DNA of 64,000 nucleotides from an uncultured delta proteobacterium. Its GTDB lineage: Bacteria; Desulfobacterota; Binatia; UBA9968. Under the pieces are notes generated by a model that was given only the letters and a program-made list of their open reading frames with translations, made no database searches and was not told the origin of the DNA. Shown piece by piece: positions 10,601 to 24,319 of the stretch (position 1 is its first letter; each line of letters begins with the position of its first letter). The DNA is taken from positions 704,001 to 768,000 of the forward strand of contig CAVYTU010000015.1 of assembly GCA_963771465.1 (NCBI GenBank). The letters run 5' to 3'. The position numbers and the translations under genes were made by a program.

Positions 10601-10930
10601 TCAAACCGTGAACGACGCGCCGCAGCCGCAGGCTTTCTTGACGTTGGGATTCTGAAAGACAAAGCCGGACTGCATCAGTTCGTCTTTGTAATCGAGCTCA
10701 GTGCCGGTCAGATAGAGTAAACTTTTCATATCGACCAAAACCTTGGCGCCGTCCTTCTCGAACACCTTATCGGTACCCTTGGGCATATCGAAATCGACTT
10801 TGTATTGTAGCCCCGAACAGCCGCCGCCGACCACCTTCACGCGCAATCCCTGGCCGTCGCGATTCTCCGTATTGACCAACTCTTTAATCCGCGCCGCCGC
10901 CCGCTCGGTGACGCTCACTCCCATCGCCAT
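10601..10930 (-). CDS. iscA: A-type Fe-S carrier (IscA/HesB)
   Basis: GGGCSGLQY, NPNVKKACGCGASF. Confidence 0.93.
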   Translation of the reverse strand: MAMGVSVTERAAARIKELVNTENRDGQGLRVKVVGGGCSGLQYKVDFDMPKGTDKVFEKDGAKVLVDMKSLLYLTGTELDYKDELMQSGFVFQNPNVKKACGCGASFTV

Positions 10931-10957
10931 GATACTTCTCCTCTTGCCCTCATTGAC

Positions 10958-12163
10958 TCAGCCAACGCGTTTTTGCAGCCGCGCTTTCTTAGCTTTGTAA
11001 ACCGGCGAAATCTCTCTCAGCCGGCGCACTTCTTCAACGACGCGATGAATCGTGAAGTCGATCTCTTCCTCGGTATTGAAACGGCCCAAACCGAAACGAA
11101 TCGCGCTGTAAGCCAGCTCGTCGGCCAGACCGATCGCCTTTAATACGTAGGACGGCTCCAAGCTTGCCGACGTGCACGCGGAACCGGTCGATACAGCGAT
11201 CTCTTTCAAGCCCATGAGCAGCGACTCGCCTTCGATATCGGCGAAGCTCATGTTTAAGTTGCCCGCCAGCCGCTCGACCGCATGGCCATTGAGGTAAACC
11301 TCATCGAGCTCGGCGACAATGCCGTCTTTCAGCCGTTCCCGAAGCGCGATCAGCCGCTCGCCTTCCGCGCTCATTTCTCTTTGGGCAATCTCGCAGGCCT
11401 TGCCCAAACCGACGATGCCGGGGACGTTTAACGTGCCGGAGCGCATGCCGCGCTCATGACCGCCGCCGTCGATGAGCGGCGTGAGCTTGACTCGCGGCTT
11501 GGTCGAGCGCACGTAGAGCGCGCCGACGCCCTTGGGCCCGTACATTTTGTGCGCGGTCAGCGACAACAGATCGATGCCCATGGTCTCGACGTTGAGCGGA
11601 ATCTTACCGACGCCTTGGGTAGCGTCAGTGTGAAACAAAATATTTTTCTCTTCCGCCAGCCGGCCGATCTCTTTAACCGGGTTGATCGTGCCGATCTCGT
11701 TGTTCGCCGCCATGAGAGAAATAAGAATCGTCCTGTCGGTCAGCGCTTCTTTGAGCTGCTGCACATCGATCAGACCGTCCGAGCGAACCGGCAGATAGGT
11801 TACGTCAAAGCCATGCTTCTGCAAAACTTTGCAGCTGTCCAAGACCGCTTTATGCTCGGTCACACAGGTGACGATGTGATTACCTTTCTCCCGGTAAGCA
11901 TCGGCAACGCCTTTGATCGCCAGATTGTCCGACTCCGTCGCACCGCTGGTAATGACGATCTCTTTTGCCGCCGCGCCGATCAGTTTGGCGATCTGCTCGC
12001 GCGCCGTATCGACAGCTGACTCCGCTTCCCAGCCGAACGGGTGGCTTTTGCTCGCCGCATTGCCAAAGCGCTCGGTGAAATAGGGCAACATCGCTTCCAA
12101 CACCCGTGGATCGACGGGTGTGGTAGCGTGATTGTCCAAATATATCGGTGTCTGAACGGTCAT
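10958..12163 (-). CDS. iscS: Cysteine desulfurase IscS
   Basis: [71 protein letters not shown]. Confidence 0.95.
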   Translation of the reverse strand: MTVQTPIYLDNHATTPVDPRVLEAMLPYFTERFGNAASKSHPFGWEAESAVDTAREQIAKLIGAAAKEIVITSGATESDNLAIKGVADAYREKGNHIVTCVTEHKAVLDSCKVLQKHGFDVTYLPVRSDGLIDVQQLKEALTDRTILISLMAANNEIGTINPVKEIGRLAEEKNILFHTDATQGVGKIPLNVETMGIDLLSLTAHKMYGPKGVGALYVRSTKPRVKLTPLIDGGGHERGMRSGTLNVPGIVGLGKACEIAQREMSAEGERLIALRERLKDGIVAELDEVYLNGHAVERLAGNLNMSFADIEGESLLMGLKEIAVSTGSACTSASLEPSYVLKAIGLADELAYSAIRFGLGRFNTEEEIDFTIHRVVEEVRRLREISPVYKAKKARLQKRVG

Positions 12164-12184
12164 GGGAGCCTACGCTTTAGATTA

Positions 12185-12235
12185 CAGACCTTATTGGTCT
12201 GATATCAAAGTAACCAAGACCCAGGCGGGAGTCAA
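12185..12235 (-). promoter_or_regulatory. Sigma70-type promoter and palindromic operator for the Fe-S operon
   Basis: Minus strand TTGACT (12235-12230), 17-bp spacer, TACTTT (12212-12207), then CAGACC-N5-GGTCTG at 12185-12201. Confidence 0.65.
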
Positions 12236-12279
12236 TAGCTAATTTAATCGGCGTAACAGACTGGAATATAAAAAGAATT

Positions 12280-14811
12280 CTAAACGGCGACCTTGCTCAA
12301 TGCCGCTTTCAAATAGGCTCCGGTCGCTGACCGGCTTACCCCTGCGACCTCGGTCGGCGTCCCCCAAGCGATCAACTCGCCGCCTTTTGCTCCGCCTTCA
12401 GGGCCGAGATCGATGACATGGTCGGCGCATTTAATTACGTCGAGATTGTGCTCGACGATGATCATGGTGTTGCCTAAATCGGTTAGACGGTTGAGCAGCT
12501 CGAGAAGTTGCTTGACGTCATCGAAGTGGAGTCCGGTCGTCGGCTCATCGAGAATGTAGAGCGATCTGCCGCTTGAGCGGCGCGCTAGCTCGCGGGCGAG
12601 CTTGACCCGTTGGGCTTCGCCGCCGGAAAGCGTCGTCGCCGATTGGCCCAGGCATAAATAACCCAAGCCGACATCGCGCAGGGTGCGCAGCCGATCGTGT
12701 ATCGGCGGCACCGCATTGAGCAGCTCCAACGCTTGATTGACGGTCAAATCCAAAACATCGGCGATGCTCAATCCCTTGTACTTAACTGCGAGTGTCTCGC
12801 GGTTATAGCGCCGGCCACGGCACGCTTCGCAAGTGACAAACATCTCGGGCAGAAAATGCATCTCCACGCGAGTCACACCGTCGCCGCCGCAGGCCTCGCA
12901 GCGCCCGCCATTGAGGTTGAATGAAAAGCGCTCCGCCTTGTAACCACGCACGCGGGCTTCCGGCAATTCGGCAAAAAGCGCGCGCAAGTGATCGTAAAGG
13001 CCGACATAGGTCGCGGCATTGGAACGCGGCGTGCGGCCAATGGACGACTGGTCGACGGCGATCAGTCGATCGAAGTTTTTCCAGCCGGTGATCTGCGCGG
13101 CGGCGGAATTTTTCGTCCCCGCGCGCTGCAGCCGCTGGTTAATGCCGTGGTAAAGCACTTCCATCACTAACGTGCTTTTGCCCGCTCCCGACACGCCGGT
13201 GACGCAGGTCATGGCGCCGATGGGGAATTCAACCGTGAGATTTTTTAAATTGCGCTGTCTGGCATTGGTAACGCGCAAAAATTCGCCGGTACCGCTGCGC
13301 CTCGACAACGCCGGCGAAATTTTCACAGCTCCGGATAGATAGCGTCCAGTGAGGGATACCGGATCGCGCGACAATTCTGCCGGGGTACCTTGGGCGATCA
13401 CTTCACCGCCGAGCACACCGGCAGCGGGCCCCATGTCGATGACGTAGTCCGCGGCGAGAATAGTTTCGGGATCATGCTCAATCACGAGCACGGAATTGCC
13501 ACCGTCGCGCAGGCGCTGGAGTAGCAAAATCAGCCGCGCATTATCCTTCTGATGGAGTCCGATGCTCGGCTCGTCGAGAATATAGAGCACGCCTGCCAAG
13601 CTGGAGCCAATTTGGGTTGCCAAACGCACGCGTTGCGCCTCGCCGCCAGAAAGCGTTGTCGAGGCGCGGTCCAAACTCAGATAGTCGAGCCCCAATTGCG
13701 CTAGACAAGTGAGCCGGCTGGTAATTTCCCCGGCGATCTTATGACCGACGGTCTTGCGCTGCTCGGCGAGTTCGAGCCCATCGAAGAACACCAAAAGCTC
13801 GGCGATCGATAGCGCAGCTAACCCGGCGATATTTTCGCCGCCGACACGAACCGAGAGACTTTCCCTTTTAAGCCGGCTGCCGTGGCAATCCGGGCAGGGC
13901 GTACTATTATTCGACCGATCGGCGCGCTTGGATTCCGCCGATTTAAAGCCCAAGCCGTTACACGTCGGGCACGCGCCCTGCGGGCTGTTGAAGGAAAACA
14001 AGTTAGGTGTCAATTCCGCCGCCACACTCCCGCACTGAATACAAACAAACTTCTGGGTAAAAATCATTTGGCGCGGCGCGGCAACTTCGTTCTCACCGAG
14101 AACTTCAATCTTGACCATCGCCTGGCCCGCGCGTGACGCGGTTTCCAAGGAATCCGCCAAGCGCCGCGAAATTCCTTCCCGCAAGACTAATCGATCAACC
14201 ACCAGATCGAGTTCCCGGGCGGCGCGCACGGCTGCGGGAATGTCGCCCCCGAGTTCGTGCATTTGACCGTCGACGATGACGCGCGCGAATCCCTGGCGCG
14301 TCAGCTCCTGGAGAACTTTGCCGGCATCTTCGCTCTGGGGAAATCGCAGCGGCGCCAAGACGAGGATGCGGCTTTGCATGGGCAGCGCCATCAGCTGATC
14401 GACGATTTGTTCGATGCTGTGAGCCGTGATCGCATGGCCGCAGTCGGAACAGAATAGTTCGCCGACGCGGGCAAACAACAGCCGCAAATAATCGTAGATG
14501 TCGGTCATCGTGCCGACGGTGGAACGAGGATTGGCAAGCCCAGTTTTTTGCTGAATCGCGATGGCCGGCGAAAGTCCATCGATCAAATCGACGTCGGGTT
14601 TAGCCATTTGCTTGAGCAATTGGCGCGCATCGGCGCCGAGGGATTCGAGATAGCGCCGCTGCCCTTCGGCGTAAAGTAAATCGAAGGCGAGTGAGGATTT
14701 ACCCGAACCGGAGACGCCGGTGATGACGACTAGTTGATCGCGGGGAATCTCCAGATCGATGTTCTTGAGATTGTGAACCCGCGCGCCCTTGATGACGATC
14801 TTGCCCGCCAT
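12280..14811 (-). CDS. uvrA: Excinuclease ABC subunit A, lacking the insertion domain
   Basis: GARVHNLKN, two Walker A motifs (GVSGSGKSS, GVSGAGKST), two LSGGEAQR signatures, Zn fingers; 843 aa. Confidence 0.93.
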   Translation of the reverse strand: MAGKIVIKGARVHNLKNIDLEIPRDQLVVITGVSGSGKSSLAFDLLYAEGQRRYLESLGADARQLLKQMAKPDVDLIDGLSPAIAIQQKTGLANPRSTVGTMTDIYDYLRLLFARVGELFCSDCGHAITAHSIEQIVDQLMALPMQSRILVLAPLRFPQSEDAGKVLQELTRQGFARVIVDGQMHELGGDIPAAVRAARELDLVVDRLVLREGISRRLADSLETASRAGQAMVKIEVLGENEVAAPRQMIFTQKFVCIQCGSVAAELTPNLFSFNSPQGACPTCNGLGFKSAESKRADRSNNSTPCPDCHGSRLKRESLSVRVGGENIAGLAALSIAELLVFFDGLELAEQRKTVGHKIAGEITSRLTCLAQLGLDYLSLDRASTTLSGGEAQRVRLATQIGSSLAGVLYILDEPSIGLHQKDNARLILLLQRLRDGGNSVLVIEHDPETILAADYVIDMGPAAGVLGGEVIAQGTPAELSRDPVSLTGRYLSGAVKISPALSRRSGTGEFLRVTNARQRNLKNLTVEFPIGAMTCVTGVSGAGKSTLVMEVLYHGINQRLQRAGTKNSAAAQITGWKNFDRLIAVDQSSIGRTPRSNAATYVGLYDHLRALFAELPEARVRGYKAERFSFNLNGGRCEACGGDGVTRVEMHFLPEMFVTCEACRGRRYNRETLAVKYKGLSIADVLDLTVNQALELLNAVPPIHDRLRTLRDVGLGYLCLGQSATTLSGGEAQRVKLARELARRSSGRSLYILDEPTTGLHFDDVKQLLELLNRLTDLGNTMIIVEHNLDVIKCADHVIDLGPEGGAKGGELIAWGTPTEVAGVSRSATGAYLKAALSKVAV

Positions 14812-14861
14812 CGCGAAAGCTATTCTGAATTCTTCATGAGGAAAACTGATGACACTCTGTC

Positions 14862-15028
14862 GATCGAGGGGTGATCCTGTATCCTCGCTGACGCTCGGAA
14901 TTTCAAATCGCAAATTTCAGATTTCATATTTGGAATTCTAAATTTGCCATTTGCAATCCCGAAGGGCTTGCCTTCGTTACGGAAGGGTTGCACCTCGATC
15001 TCGGTTTTACTGCGAATAATCCAGGCTA
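14862..15028. repeat. Inverted-repeat intergenic element, copy A, with heptamer cargo
   Basis: GATCGAGGGGTGATCCT...AGGGTTGCACCTCGATC plus a flank ending AGGCTA, shared with 41879-42080. Confidence 0.75.
14897..14959 (+). repeat. Degenerate 7-bp tandem array (9 units)
   Basis: GGAATTT CAAATCG CAAATTT CAGATTT CATATTT GGAATTC TAAATTT GCCATTT GCAATCC. Confidence 0.8.
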
Positions 15029-16381
15029 TTGCGGTTCGAAATCTTTGAGCTTGTTCTCGATCAGCGCGCGATACTCTTTGAGCTTGGCGTCGGATTGCGC
15101 TTCGAAGCGCAGCACCAGCGCCGGTTGCGTGTTGGAGGCGCGAATCAGTCCCCACCCTTCGGCAAACTGCACGCGCACGCCGTCGACGTCAATGACATCG
15201 TAATGCCGGCGAAAATATTCAGTGGCGCGTGCTGCGATAATAAATTTTTTGTCGTCGGGACAATCGACGCGAATTTCCGGCGTCGACACGCTCTTTGGCA
15301 GGTCAGAAAGCAACGATGAAAGCGGCTTACCGGAGTTGGCGAGAATCTCCAGCAGTCGCAGCGAAGCATATATCGCGTCGTCGTAGCCGAAATAGCGCTC
15401 CTTAAAAAACATATGGCCGCTCATCTCGCCGGCCAAGAGCGCGTCGGTCTCTTTCATTTTAGCTTTCAGTAACGAATGGCCGGCTTTCCACATGATCGGC
15501 TTGCCACCGTGCTTGCGAATGTCATCGTATAAGCGCTGCGAACACTTAACTTCGGAGATAATCGTCGCGCCGGGATTGCGTTTGAGCACGTCGCGGGCAA
15601 ACAATACCAACAGCTCATCGCCCCAGAGAATCGTGCCCTTTTCGTCCACCGCGCCGATGCGGTCCGCGTCGCCGTCGTAGGCGATGCCGAGATCGGCTTT
15701 TTCTTTTTTCACCTTGTCGATTAGCATGGTCAAATTTTCCGGCACCGTCGGGTCGGGATGATGATACGGAAAGTTGCCGTCCGGCGTGCACGCAATCTCC
15801 CACACCTGACATCCCAGTTGGCGAAACATCGGCGGCGCCACAGGTCCGCCGACGCCGCTCCCGCCATCGACGACGACTTTCAGCGGGCGTGAAAGCTGCG
15901 GCACATCCGCGAGCAAGTGCTTGTGATAAGGCGGAATGATTTCGTAGCGTTCCACGGTGCCGCCGGATCTTTCCGTGAACACTTTGTGCTCCATCCGGGC
16001 GCGGATATCTTGGATCTGTTCGCCGTAGAGCGTATCTTTGCCCAGACAAATTTTAAATCCATTATATTCCGACGGATTGTGGCTCGCGGTGATTTCAATG
16101 CCGCCATCGACGTCGAGATGAAACAACGAAAAATAGAGCAGCGGCGTTGGGCAAATCCCGATATCGTAGACATGCAGGCCCGCGGCGACCATGCCCGCGA
16201 TCACCGCTTCGGCATAGGCATCTGACGTGGCACGCACATCCCGACCGACAGTGACCCGTTTGCCGCCCCGCGCCGCGATCGCCGTGCCGTGCACTTTGCC
16301 CAGCAGCAACGCGAAATCTTTGTCGAAATCGATTTCCGCCAAACCGCGGATGTCGTATTCGCGAAACACCGATGGGTTCAT
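15026..16381 (-). CDS. Phosphomannomutase/phosphoglucomutase (AlgC-like)
   Basis: FREYDIRG, TASHNP, DGDADR, GEMSGH, RASNTQP. Confidence 0.95.
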   Translation of the reverse strand: MNPSVFREYDIRGLAEIDFDKDFALLLGKVHGTAIAARGGKRVTVGRDVRATSDAYAEAVIAGMVAAGLHVYDIGICPTPLLYFSLFHLDVDGGIEITASHNPSEYNGFKICLGKDTLYGEQIQDIRARMEHKVFTERSGGTVERYEIIPPYHKHLLADVPQLSRPLKVVVDGGSGVGGPVAPPMFRQLGCQVWEIACTPDGNFPYHHPDPTVPENLTMLIDKVKKEKADLGIAYDGDADRIGAVDEKGTILWGDELLVLFARDVLKRNPGATIISEVKCSQRLYDDIRKHGGKPIMWKAGHSLLKAKMKETDALLAGEMSGHMFFKERYFGYDDAIYASLRLLEILANSGKPLSSLLSDLPKSVSTPEIRVDCPDDKKFIIAARATEYFRRHYDVIDVDGVRVQFAEGWGLIRASNTQPALVLRFEAQSDAKLKEYRALIENKLKDFEPQ

Positions 16382-16384
16382 AAC

Positions 16385-17407
16385 TTAGTTGCCCCGCCGC
16401 CGACTCTGCCGCGCCAAGCGCGCCGCTAAAAGAATCGCTTCTTTCATGCTGGTTTCATCCGCTTTGCCTTTGCCGGCGATGTCATACGCGGTGCCGTGAT
16501 CCACGGAGGTACGGATGAAGGGCGGCCCAAGAGTGAGCGCCACGCCGCCGTAAAAATGATGCAGCTTGAGCGGAATCAAACCTTGGTCGTGATACATGCA
16601 CACCACGGCGTCGTAATCGCCGCGCGCCGCATGATGAAACAAACTATCGGCTGGAAACGGACCGAATACACCGACGCCTTTTTTGCGCGCCGCTTTTACC
16701 GCCGGCGCGATGATCTCGATTTCCTCAGCGCCAAAGATGCCTTGCTCACCGCCGTGGGGATTGAGCGCGGCGACCGCGATGCGCGGCCGGGGGATGGCAA
16801 AATACTGTTTCAGACAGCGCTCGGCCAGCACCAGCGTGATTTGAATATTTTCGCGGGTCAAACTGCGCGGAACTTTTGACAGAGCGATGTGACCGGTCAC
16901 CGGCACGACCCTAAGTTTAGCGCCGATGAGCATCATGCGGGACTCCGGCGCGCGGCTCAGTTCGGCGAGCAATTCGGTATGACCGGGATAATCGTGCCCC
17001 GCGTCGATGAGGCTGTGCTTGCTGATCGGCGCCGTAGCGATGGCATCGGCGACCCGCGATAAAGCCAACTTGGCCGCCACGCGAATATAGCTAAACGCGC
17101 CATGGCCGGCGGCCTTGGAAGCGATCGCCGGTCGAGACTCCTTAACGCTCAACGTCGACAGGGAACACACGGTAAACGCGCGCGACTGATCGAGCATGGG
17201 TAACAACCGCTGCCCCGGTTGCCAACAGATGAGCTCGGGCGATTTTTTCAAGCGGCCGCGCGTTCGCTGTAGCACACCCCAATCGCCCAAGATCAGCGGT
17301 CGAGCCGCTTTCCTGATCGCCGGATCCGTCAATGCTTTGAGAATGATTTCCGGGCCGATGCCAACCGGATCGCCCATGGTAACCGCAATGATGGGTTCGC
17401 GAGACAT
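16385..17407 (-). CDS. pdxA: 4-hydroxythreonine-4-phosphate dehydrogenase
   Basis: TMGDPVGIGPE, GHTELL, LNPHGGE, MYHDQGLIPLK, RTSVDHGTAYDIAG. Confidence 0.95.
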   Translation of the reverse strand: MSREPIIAVTMGDPVGIGPEIILKALTDPAIRKAARPLILGDWGVLQRTRGRLKKSPELICWQPGQRLLPMLDQSRAFTVCSLSTLSVKESRPAIASKAAGHGAFSYIRVAAKLALSRVADAIATAPISKHSLIDAGHDYPGHTELLAELSRAPESRMMLIGAKLRVVPVTGHIALSKVPRSLTRENIQITLVLAERCLKQYFAIPRPRIAVAALNPHGGEQGIFGAEEIEIIAPAVKAARKKGVGVFGPFPADSLFHHAARGDYDAVVCMYHDQGLIPLKLHHFYGGVALTLGPPFIRTSVDHGTAYDIAGKGKADETSMKEAILLAARLARQSRRRGN

Positions 17408-17474
17408 GACTATGAGAAAGCTTTATCAAAAGAGCTTGCTCATGATTGCTGCTGACAGTTTATCGAGCAAGCGA

Positions 17475-18842
17475 TCAGGGTTTTGTTGACGAGAACGGAT
17501 TGATCGAGTCGACGATCTTGGAAAAGACACCTTTTTCCGCCGGGGGAGCGGGCGGCGCGAAGATGTCGGGAGCATCTTGCACCGTATCGGTGGTAAAGAG
17601 CGGCATGCCGAAAACACTGACGACGCTCTTCCCGGTCATTGGCCCTTTCTGATCGTCCTCATCGAACGGAGTTTCTTTGACGATGTAAGAAAATGGATTG
17701 AGATAACTGAGCACACTGCGATCTTCCGACCGAATTGGCCGATTGGTCTTGGCCATTAGATTATTGAGCGTGCCGTCTTTGGAGGTTTCCGGCTTGAAAA
17801 CCACGCCTGCCACCTTGATATCGACCCGATGCTTTCGTCGCAAATCGCTTTTGAGCCAACTGGCGAAACGCTCTTCCAAGGACTTTTTGGTCAACTCATC
17901 TTTGATGCGGGGCGCCACGCTGGAGAGTGACAGCGTTGTGCCGGTGTCGCGCGCTTCGAGCTTGACGATATGCACTCCCATACTGGTGCGAAACGGTTCG
18001 CTCACCTGGCCAACGGACAGTTTTTGGAACGCGACATCTTCGAGGCCGGAAATTAACGAGCCGCGATTGACCCAGCCGATGTCACCACCCTGTGCGCGCC
18101 CGGCGCCTTCCGAATACTCACGCGCCAAACCGGCGAAGTCCTCGCCCCCGGCGATGATTTTTTGATACAGCTCTTTGCTTTTATCCATGGCGCCCTGCAC
18201 CTGCGCGGGGGGCGCGCTTTCCGGCACGGCCAAAAGAATGTGGCGGATGCGTGCCCGCTCGGGGCTGCGGTAGTTTTTGCTATTGAGTTTGTAGTAGCGT
18301 TCAACGTCTTCGTCGGTGATGTTGACCTTGCGGCGCACTTGCCGCTCGATGATCTCGGATTTTTCCATTTCCGCTTTAACGTTGGCCCGGTAGCTGGCCA
18401 TGGTCTGCCCTTCGCGGGTGAGCGCGGCATTGAGATCTTCATCGGACAGGCGGTTGGATTTTTTCACCTGTTCGATGTAGCGGCTGACTTCGTCTTCGCT
18501 GACGCCCAAACCGGCTTCGCGCACTTCGACTTCGAGCAACTTGTCAGTGATAAATTGTTCTAACACTTCGCGGTCGGCGCTATTGATCTGCTCCAAGCTG
18601 CCGCTTGGAAACCCGCGCGACATCTTTTCCTTGGCGTAACGGTTCAAGTTGGAGAGCGTGTAGGGTTCCCCGTTGATCACCACGAGAACCTGCTCGATCA
18701 CTCCGGCCGGAGTCAGGTTAGGCGCCGCCACCTGGAGCAACAACGATAGAAAACACGTGTGGAGGGTCTGCCAAATCCTAGATATTTCTCGCCCGTCACC
18801 AACGATCTGCATTGCCAAAATACTTACCACACCCAACACCAA
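17475..18842 (-). CDS. SurA-like chaperone/parvulin PPIase with a long C-terminal tail (start uncertain)
   Basis: VLVVINGEP SurA N-domain, RIRHILL...FAGLAREYSEG...GGDIGW...GVHIVK; mfd-surA-pdxA synteny. Confidence 0.85.
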   Translation of the reverse strand: MVLGVVSILAMQIVGDGREISRIWQTLHTCFLSLLLQVAAPNLTPAGVIEQVLVVINGEPYTLSNLNRYAKEKMSRGFPSGSLEQINSADREVLEQFITDKLLEVEVREAGLGVSEDEVSRYIEQVKKSNRLSDEDLNAALTREGQTMASYRANVKAEMEKSEIIERQVRRKVNITDEDVERYYKLNSKNYRSPERARIRHILLAVPESAPPAQVQGAMDKSKELYQKIIAGGEDFAGLAREYSEGAGRAQGGDIGWVNRGSLISGLEDVAFQKLSVGQVSEPFRTSMGVHIVKLEARDTGTTLSLSSVAPRIKDELTKKSLEERFASWLKSDLRRKHRVDIKVAGVVFKPETSKDGTLNNLMAKTNRPIRSEDRSVLSYLNPFSYIVKETPFDEDDQKGPMTGKSVVSVFGMPLFTTDTVQDAPDIFAPPAPPAEKGVFSKIVDSINPFSSTKP

Positions 18843-18940
18843 AATCCAACCCGATTCGCTGTCGTTTTACCGCATCGTTAAGCGTTCTCGGGTTGTGGTC
18901 TGATAGCCGTTCTCGGGCTGACGGCCATCGGTGGGGCTAC

Positions 18941-22488
<3,548 letters not shown>

Positions 22489-22492
<4 letters not shown>

Positions 22493-22857
22493 GAAAAAAA
22501 GCTGAAGTGCTGCAACTGAATTTTGGGGATCGTTGCCGTCGATGCCGCAGCATTGGCCGCTTCCGTGGCTTTGGCCCAAGCTTCGGCGCTTTGGCAAAGC
22601 TCTGCGACGCGGACTTGCAAGAACGCCGGCTGAAAATTTTCAAAGCGGATCAGCGCCTGGTAAATCATCCGCACCGACCCCTTCACTTCGCCAAAGTCGC
22701 TGTACATGCGAAACGCCGCGGCGAGCTGAATCAAACCTTCGAGAAACGGCTTATTCTCAGCTTCGGTATCCTGATAGAAATGTTCCAAGACTTCGTGGCT
22801 GGCAAAGAATTGCCGGTCGTTAAATAGACGTATACCCTCTCGCAGCCGAGCATCCAT
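22489..22857 (-). CDS. DUF309 family protein
   Basis: GIRLFNDRQFFASHEVLE...FLEGLIQLAAA. Confidence 0.85.
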
Positions 22858-22901
22858 AAGTTTACTTCAACGCTTTAACTTACCAACTTCCCGTCAGAGC
22901 C

Positions 22902-22946
22902 TCAACGGTTTGAACGATTTGAACTGCTTGAATGGATTGGATGGAA
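22902..22946 (+). repeat. 9-bp tandem array, TGAACNNNT family (5 units)
   Basis: TCAACGGTT TGAACGATT TGAACTGCT TGAATGGAT TGGATGGAA. Confidence 0.75.
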
Positions 22947-24185
22947 TTAGTTTTCGTGCGGCCACAGCCGTTTATCGTAGTCGGCAACCCTCGGCACCGA
23001 CGCGAGCCAGATACAAATGTCGGAGAGCGCCAAAAGCAAAGTCGAGAGCGTGAATGAAACCGTATAGCTGCCGGTCCAATCATGAAACGCGCCGCCAAAA
23101 TACGAACCGAGCGCGCCGCCGACGCCCACCGCGACGGTCGAATAGCCGAGGATCGAGCCGAAGCCTTTGCCGGAAAAAATATCCGCCGTCAGCGCCGAGA
23201 AAATCACCGCGCGCGAGCCAAAGCCGATGCCGAAAAAGATTACGTACACGTAGAGCAGCCAAATCTGGCTGGGATCGCTGAGAATCATCAGCGCACCGAC
23301 GCCGACAACGGTCATGGCGACGTTCAGCGTGTAGGCCGCCGGCTTGGACAAACGATCGGCGATGAAACCGAAGATCACCCGGCCGAAACTGCTGGTGATC
23401 CCGGCCAGGCCGAAGATCGACGCCGACAGCAGTTTGCTGAACCCGATATCGACCACGTGGGCGACCTGATGCGTGACGATCACGGTGGTCCCGGACGCCG
23501 CGCCGATACGGGCGATGAAGAGCAGCCAAAATTGCAAGCTTTGCAGCGCTAGCTTGGCGGTCCATTGGTTGGCGTGGTCGACCTTCTGCGCGTGCTGACG
23601 CGGCTGATGTCCGTGCGGTCCATGGGAATAGGTAAACCAAACCACCGGCAACATGGCGATCAAAACAATCGCCGAATAAATCTCAAAGGTGCGCGACCAG
23701 CCGTAACTTGAAATCAGCCACTCGCTCAACGGCGCCAAGAGCATGATACCGACACCGCTGCCGGCGTAAACAATGCCGATGGCGGACGCGCGGTTGGACG
23801 AAAACCACTCCGAGATCAAAAAAATATGCGGCACCATGCCGGTGAAGGTAAATCCGGCGGCGAGCACGAGTCCAAAACAGATGTAGAGCTGCCACAGCGC
23901 GCTCACCCGGCTGCTTAAGAAAAGTCCTAACACCATCGCGGCGCAGCCGGCGGCGCAAATTTTTTTCGTGCCGTAGCGGTCGAGCAAATAGCCGGCGGCA
24001 GGCGACAGCAGTGCGTCCATCGTTAGCACGACGGAAAAGATTCCCGCGGTCGCGCCGCGGCTCCAACCGAAAGTGTCGAGCAGCGCGACATTGAACACGC
24101 CGAAGGAAGTATGCAGTCCGCGGGAAAAGCCGAGAACCCCGAAAGCGATACCTGCGATCAACCAAGGTGTCGGAGAAAAACGCAT
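22947..24185 (-). CDS. MFS transporter (OFA/MCT-like)
   Basis: About 12 TM segments, GYLLDRYG and GFIADRLS motifs. Confidence 0.92.
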   Translation of the reverse strand: MRFSPTPWLIAGIAFGVLGFSRGLHTSFGVFNVALLDTFGWSRGATAGIFSVVLTMDALLSPAAGYLLDRYGTKKICAAGCAAMVLGLFLSSRVSALWQLYICFGLVLAAGFTFTGMVPHIFLISEWFSSNRASAIGIVYAGSGVGIMLLAPLSEWLISSYGWSRTFEIYSAIVLIAMLPVVWFTYSHGPHGHQPRQHAQKVDHANQWTAKLALQSLQFWLLFIARIGAASGTTVIVTHQVAHVVDIGFSKLLSASIFGLAGITSSFGRVIFGFIADRLSKPAAYTLNVAMTVVGVGALMILSDPSQIWLLYVYVIFFGIGFGSRAVIFSALTADIFSGKGFGSILGYSTVAVGVGGALGSYFGGAFHDWTGSYTVSFTLSTLLLALSDICIWLASVPRVADYDKRLWPHEN

Positions 24186-24319
24186 GAATAAAACCAGCTA
24201 CCGTGTTTAGCAGAGCGAGATGACGTCCACAATCACGCAGCTCGCCTTTACCGAAAAAACTGATTGATATATATAAAGTGTCGCCAACTGTAATAGCGTT
24301 CTCACCCAAGCGAGATGTC

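Noticed and set aside
12280-14913. Extended ORF-track starts for uvrA, mfd, ECH, MBL and VOC genes
   Set aside because: The extensions run through repeats or neighbouring genes; downstream starts match family N-termini and mostly have an RBS or a start/stop overlap.
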